From NCBI GenBank assembly GCA_965232515.1, contig CBDDPY010000002.1, positions 1,120,001-1,184,000 of the forward strand: a DNA stretch of 64,000 bases, in the 5' to 3' direction. Below the pieces are notes generated by a model. It made no database searches, had not been told where the DNA came from, and was given only the letters and a program-made list of their open reading frames with translations. The stretch comes from Alphaproteobacteria bacterium. GTDB taxonomy: Bacteria; Pseudomonadota; Alphaproteobacteria; GCA-2731375. Positions 59,493-64,000 of the stretch are shown here, one piece after another (the stretch's first letter is position 1; every line of letters starts with the position of its first letter). The translations under genes were made by a program, and so were the position numbers.

Positions 59493-59873
59493 GTAGTCTT
59501 CCTGTAGAGCTTTTGAGTAGATCTCGACAGGGTAGTCGCCGATCCGCAGTCCGGTGTAGTCCTTGCCCTTGTCGAGGGTCATCTTGGAGCCGTAGAGCCG
59601 GAAAAAGAAGTTGCCCGGGTTCTCCTGGCTGACGTCCAGGATGTGGACTGTGCCCATGATGCCGATCTTGCCGAGGATGACCGGATCGATGTCGTCCTTG
59701 CTGGGCAGGTTGGCGCCCTTGTGCAGCGACATCCAATACTCCAGCAAGCCATTCAGCCGCTGGTCTTCCAACATCTGCAGATCGTCCAGACCATAATGAT
59801 AGCGGACGAGGATATCTTCGCCCTTGTAGGTCTGGTCCGTCGAAACGCGGTGAGCGATTGGCCGCACAGCCAT
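59316..59873 (-). CDS. Stand-alone PAS (PAS_5/DUF1457-like) domain protein
   Basis: LLEYW...LPSKDDIDP, ILDV, FFFRLYGS, DYTG, YSRLILPLA.NG..VDRLL, the PAS_5 pattern. Confidence 0.8.
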   Translation of the reverse strand: MAVRPIAHRVSTDQTYKGEDILVRYHYGLDDLQMLEDQRLNGLLEYWMSLHKGANLPSKDDIDPVILGKIGIMGTVHILDVSQENPGNFFFRLYGSKMTLDKGKDYTGLRIGDYPVEIYSKALQEDYLTVKYTCVPRYQHVGAFMNYSTRGYSRLILPLASNGHDVDRLLVGVKFQKVEIPSRLI

Positions 59874-60178
59874 GTCTATAAATCCCTACAGGATTCCCTC
59901 TATATAGACGTTATCTATTTGCATGAATTGATCGCTCCAACACAAGAGAAATATTGACCCAGCGAACCTGACTGTAGTTCCCAACTACCCGAATTATCAA
60001 ACCTGCACCAGATCTAACCTGGGTCGATGATCGGCAAGATCCATACAATTTTTGCTGAAACTACTCGAGATTGCATCTCGCAGACCGCTGGAATTTGGCG
60101 TCCGATTGCCCGAAAGTCCGCCGATACCAAGGCCCTCGGCAGATCCATCCTGCCGCATGGAAGTATGGTCGGCGTCAC

Positions 60179-60193
60179 TTAATGCGGCGTTAA
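60179..60193. promoter_or_regulatory. Perfect CtrA box upstream of the PAS gene
   Basis: TTAA-TGCGGCG-TTAA (TTAA-N7-TTAA), about 305 bp upstream of the PAS start. Confidence 0.6.
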
Positions 60194-60382
60194 TATCCGT
60201 CATAATCGCCCGTCGCAGTTGATTGAAAACAGACCAAGGTTTTTTTGTCTCTTTAGCCCGTTAGACGCCAATTTGTAAGCGGCAACCCAACATATTCCGC
60301 CAAGGCCATGAAATTGACACCCCTCGGGTGCCCCCTGCCGCAGGCAGTCCCCTGGGGCTGACTGGCGACCTTTGGGCCGCCT

Positions 60383-60997
60383 CTATCCGGCCGGCGGTTG
60401 GGTTTTCTGCATCGACGGACGCTGCGCGAAACTCTCGTACCAGGCCGCCAGCCTCGGACGGCCGGGACGCCAGTCGTTGTCCGCAAACCTGAAGTCGAGA
60501 TACCCCAGGGCGCAGCCGATCGAAATCGCGCCGATATCAAGATCGCCCGAGAGGCTGTCGACGTCGGCTTCCAGGGCGTCCAACGCCCGCGAAATCTTTG
60601 CTTGCTGACTTGTCGACCAGTCGTCCCAGCGCAGTGGCTCCGGCCGGAGCGCCGCTTCATAGCGGCAGAGAACGGCCGCATCCATGATCCCGTCGGCCAG
60701 CGCCTGGCGTCGCAGGGCCGGCCAGCGCGCGCCGCCGGCGGGAAACATCTTCGGCCCCGCATGCTCCAGACTGTCGAGATACTCACAAACGACCGGCGAA
60801 TCGTAGAGCGCGGCGCCGTCATCCAACAGCAGCGCCGGTATCTTGCCGACCGGATTGCCGGCGTTCAGACGGTCGTCGGGATTGACCGGCGAGACGGTCA
60901 CCGGCTCGATCTGGAGCTGCTCGATCAACCCGGTTTCATGCGCCAGAACCAAGACCTTGCGCACGAAAGGTGAAGCGGCGGCGTAGAACAATTGCAT
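60383..60997 (-). CDS. Glutathione S-transferase family protein
   Basis: ASPFVRKV, NPVGKIPAL, YDSPVVCEYLD, ALGYLDFRF; ATG at 60997. Confidence 0.9.
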   Translation of the reverse strand: MQLFYAAASPFVRKVLVLAHETGLIEQLQIEPVTVSPVNPDDRLNAGNPVGKIPALLLDDGAALYDSPVVCEYLDSLEHAGPKMFPAGGARWPALRRQALADGIMDAAVLCRYEAALRPEPLRWDDWSTSQQAKISRALDALEADVDSLSGDLDIGAISIGCALGYLDFRFADNDWRPGRPRLAAWYESFAQRPSMQKTQPPAG

Positions 60998-61032
60998 CGT
61001 TTGGTCATCTCCTCGGAATAGCGACGTATCGG

Positions 61033-62712
61033 TCAGTTTTCGAATCTGTCGAGAATGCGTCCCGGCGCTGCCCCGACATCGCGACGGCCGTCGGCATCCG
61101 CGACACGGATGCCATTCACCCAGACTCCGTGCACGCCGATGGCGTCCCGGACCAGCCGGCTGTCGCCCCCCGGCAGGTCCCAGACGCGGCGCGGTTTGGA
61201 CACCGCCACGGTATCGGCGTCGAACAGCAACAGATCGGCGTGGGCGCCAACCTCGATACGGCCACGGCCGGTGATCCCATAGATATCGGCCGGCAGACTG
61301 GTGACCTGGCGGACGGCCTCCGCCAGCGAAAACGCCTGCCGCTCGCGCACCCAATGACCGAACAGATGCAGCGCATAGCCGGCGTCACACATGAACATCA
61401 GGTGCGCGCCCGCGTCGGACATGCTGATCACGCTCGCCTCATGTCGCAGCAGGGGCTCCACCGCATCCTCGTCGGCGTTCAGCAGCTTTGCCGAAAATAC
61501 GGTGCCCAAGTCCTCGGCCAGCGCCATGTCGAAGAACAGGTCGACGGGATCGGCGCCCTCGGCGGCGGCGAGCTGATCCAACTGTGCGCCCTCCGCCGCA
61601 CGATAGGCCGGCGTCGCCGCCTGCGCCACCTCAACCCGGTGCCAATCGCCATAGAACAGCTTGCCTTTGGTGGGGGTGGCCAGTTGCCGGCGGAAGGCGT
61701 CGCGGAACGACGGATCGGTGATCGCGCGCGCCACCGAGTCCGCGTCGGCGCCGCGCAGGTCGGCCCAGACCTCCAGGCTTTGCAGCGGATAGGCATTGGC
61801 CAGCGTGAAATCCATGCTCAGCGGCTGGCACGACACCTGGGCATGCACCCGATTGCCGCGTTGCTGGGCGGCCACGCAATCGTCGAGCATGGCCGGACAG
61901 CGTTCCGGAAACTGCTCGTTGTGCAGTAGTCCGGAAAAGATGATCGGACGGCCGGTATCGACTGCCAGGGATTCAAGGAACGGCACTGTCGTGCCCGGAC
62001 CGGCGGTCATCTGGAAGATCCCGCGGCGAGCTTCGCCGAGCGCGCCAACGAGACTGCGCATTTCGTCCTCGTTCGCCAGACGAGACGGCATCGGCACACC
62101 GCCATAGCCGCGATGGCTCAGGCTTTGCGACGAGGCGAAGCCGATCGCGCCGGCCTGTACCGCGTCCAGGACAAGCCGGCGCATATCGGCGACCTCGTCG
62201 GACGTCGCCTCACGCACCGAAGCCTCGTCCCCCATCACCACGCTGCGGACCGTCGAATGGCCGACGAACACGCCGACATTCGGATGGCTGCCTTTTCTGC
62301 GCAGCAGGTTGAGGTAGTCCGAGAAGCTTTCGAAGCTCCAGTCGATTCCGGTCTCGAGCGCAGTTAGCGACATACCCTCGACCTCTGACAGATTGCGGGC
62401 GATCGCGTCGCGCTGCGCCGGTGGGGCGGGCGCGATGCCAAAGCCGCAATTGCCCATCACGACCGTCGTCACGCCAAGCGACGGTGACGGCGAAGCCGTG
62501 CTGTCCCAGGTCAGCTGGGCGTCGTAGTGGGTATGGACGTCGACAACCCCTGGGGCCAACACCAGGCCGTCCGCGTCAATTGTCTCGGCCGCGGGTTCGG
62601 CGACACGTCCGATTTCAGCGATCCGACCATCCTTGACGGCGACATCGGCGGGACGTGTCGGATTACCCGACCCATCGGCCAGGCAGGCGCCGCGGATCAG
62701 CAACTCATTCAT
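61033..62712 (-). CDS. N-acyl-D-amino-acid deacylase-like amidohydrolase
   Basis: APGVVDVHTHYD, GVTTVVMGNCG, SDAGAH, GRIEVGAHAD; ATG at 62712. Confidence 0.88.
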   Translation of the reverse strand: MNELLIRGACLADGSGNPTRPADVAVKDGRIAEIGRVAEPAAETIDADGLVLAPGVVDVHTHYDAQLTWDSTASPSPSLGVTTVVMGNCGFGIAPAPPAQRDAIARNLSEVEGMSLTALETGIDWSFESFSDYLNLLRRKGSHPNVGVFVGHSTVRSVVMGDEASVREATSDEVADMRRLVLDAVQAGAIGFASSQSLSHRGYGGVPMPSRLANEDEMRSLVGALGEARRGIFQMTAGPGTTVPFLESLAVDTGRPIIFSGLLHNEQFPERCPAMLDDCVAAQQRGNRVHAQVSCQPLSMDFTLANAYPLQSLEVWADLRGADADSVARAITDPSFRDAFRRQLATPTKGKLFYGDWHRVEVAQAATPAYRAAEGAQLDQLAAAEGADPVDLFFDMALAEDLGTVFSAKLLNADEDAVEPLLRHEASVISMSDAGAHLMFMCDAGYALHLFGHWVRERQAFSLAEAVRQVTSLPADIYGITGRGRIEVGAHADLLLFDADTVAVSKPRRVWDLPGGDSRLVRDAIGVHGVWVNGIRVADADGRRDVGAAPGRILDRFEN

Positions 62713-62799
62713 GTCGGTTCCCCAAGCGGTCGGCGTCACGAACGGTGCGAGCATAGCACGCAATCCAGTGCCCGGTGCCCAGCCCGGCCGGACCGGGCA

Positions 62800-62868
62800 C
62801 CGGCAAATATTGCCGCAAAAGCCGGCAATATTTGCCGGAACGGCAATTCCTTCCCGGCAGATTTCGCC
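62800..62868. promoter_or_regulatory. Cluster of FlbD-type (ftr) enhancer elements
   Basis: CGGCAAATATTGCCG (62801-62815), CCGGCAATATTTGCCGG (62822-62838), and the weaker CCCGGCAGATTTCGCC (62853-62868), about 100-165 bp upstream of the predicted sigma54 start. Confidence 0.7.
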
Positions 62869-62941
62869 TATGGTTAACACTCAACAACCATGAAAATATA
62901 TTTATTACAATTAGCTATAGAATTTTTTTAATTCGATACTT

Positions 62942-62957
62942 TGGCATGGTAATTGCT
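62942..62957 (+). promoter_or_regulatory. Sigma54 (-24/-12) promoter of flagellin
   Basis: TGGCATGGTAATTGCT with exact GG-N10-GC spacing; AT-rich IHF-like tract at about 62890-62935. Confidence 0.85.
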
Positions 62958-63033
62958 GCCTAGTTCTTCAGGCGCAGAGTGCGCCTTCCTGCGCGAAGCG
63001 CGGGTATTTGCTTCAGAATGAGGAGCTCGTTCC

Positions 63034-63849
63034 ATGACTTTGTCCATTAACACCAACCGGGGCGCGATGGCCGCCCTGCAGAACCTGAACAGCACCAACC
63101 GGATGCTGGAGAAGACCCAGCTCGCCATCACCACCGGCCTCAAGGTCAGCGGCCCGAAAGACGACGCCGCGACATACGCCATCGCCCAGAACCTGCGCGG
63201 TGACATCGCCGGTATGACCGCCGTCAAGACCGCGCTCGCCAACGGCGAGGCCACCCTCGACGTCGCCATCACCGCCGGCCAGTCGATCAGCGACCTGCTG
63301 ACCGAAATGAAGGCCAAGGTCGTGCAGGCCAACCAGGCCGGCCTGGACAGCGCCTCGCGCTCGTCCCTGCACAACGACTTCGTCGCGCTGCGCGATCAGA
63401 TCGCCACCGTCGTCGCCACCGCCGACTTCAACGGCACCAATCTGATCAACACCAGCGCCTCGGCGACCTCGGTGCTCAGCACGGTCGACGGCTCGACCAT
63501 CGCCGTCAGCGCCCAGAAGATGGACTCCAGCACGCTCGGCATCGCGTCCTCGGACCTGACCTCCAGCGCCAACGCCGCCACCGCGCTCACCGCCATCGAC
63601 ACCGCCATCACCAAGGTGTCGGACAAGCTGGCGGCGCTCGGTTCCGTGGCCAAGCGCATCGAAGTGCAGTCCGAGTTCACGACCAAACTGCAGGACATCT
63701 TCAAGGCCGGTGTCGGCAACCTGGTCGACGCCGACCTGGCGGCCGAGAGCGCCAAGCTGCAGTCGCTGCAGATCCAGCAGCAGCTCGGCGTGCAGTCGCT
63801 CGCCATCGCAAACTCCGGACCGCAGACCATCCTCGCGCTGTTCGGCTAA
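63034..63849 (+). CDS. Flagellin (short, Caulobacter Flj-like)
   Basis: SINTNRGAMAALQNL, TGLKV...KDDAA, ADFNG.NL, LVDADLAAESAKLQSLQIQQQL..QSLAIAN..PQ; GAGGAG RBS. Confidence 0.95.
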   Translation: MTLSINTNRGAMAALQNLNSTNRMLEKTQLAITTGLKVSGPKDDAATYAIAQNLRGDIAGMTAVKTALANGEATLDVAITAGQSISDLLTEMKAKVVQANQAGLDSASRSSLHNDFVALRDQIATVVATADFNGTNLINTSASATSVLSTVDGSTIAVSAQKMDSSTLGIASSDLTSSANAATALTAIDTAITKVSDKLAALGSVAKRIEVQSEFTTKLQDIFKAGVGNLVDADLAAESAKLQSLQIQQQLGVQSLAIANSGPQTILALFG

Positions 63850-63887
63850 GACGATCGGGACAGTCCCATTTTCCCGACCACACTTGG

Positions 63888-63923
63888 AGACGGGGCTGGT
63901 TCGCCAGCCCCGTCTTTCTTTTT
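63888..63923 (+). terminator. Rho-independent terminator after flagellin
   Basis: AGACGGGGCTGG-TTCG-CCAGCCCCGTCT, a 12-bp stem followed by TTCTTTTT. Confidence 0.9.
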
Positions 63924-64000
63924 GCCGGCAAGCGCACAGACCGGCGGCACGCTCACAGAATGGTTGCAATGACCCGCTGGCATTGAAACCGAAAAGGTTG

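Noticed and set aside
59997-60203. 68-aa minus-strand ORF upstream of the PAS gene
   Set aside because: No clear RBS or family resemblance, and it overlaps the CtrA box. A leader peptide cannot be excluded but is unsupported.
63013-63969. 318-aa minus-strand ORF
   Set aside because: Antisense shadow of flagellin.

Overview
GC-rich alphaproteobacterial chromosome segment, most like Rhodospirillales judging by gene order and regulatory motifs (inference). A conserved housekeeping backbone runs xth-erpA / dgt-argS-SPOR-nagZ-scpAB-ABC ATPase-tatABC-serS-surE-pcm-nlpD, then yajC-secDF-Mth938, phytoene-synthase-like-trmFO, uvrA/ssb and gyrA-coaD-cyclophilin-queA-tgt. It is interrupted by a ~17 kb accessory catabolic block (19166-36103). 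This block holds a MarR-controlled pair of Cys-type sulfatases, a Tat-exported esterase and a tripartite tricarboxylate transporter, then a PEP-CTERM protein, and a multicomponent phenol hydroxylase / catechol 2,3-dioxygenase operon (dmpKLMNOPQBC-like) facing only a GntR regulator. The right end has a sugar-type ABC transporter, an uncharacterised GNAT/acyl-synthase-like gene overlapping a stand-alone PAS gene by 177 bp (with CtrA-like boxes and a structured leader), GST, an amidohydrolase, and a sigma54/FlbD-type flagellin gene. No rRNA, tRNA, CRISPR array, transposase or integrase was seen. The two best candidates for an undescribed system are a possible aryl-sulfate/aryl-ester-to-phenol funnel and the GNAT-PAS convergent pair. 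Both are hypotheses from motifs and context, not from database searches.
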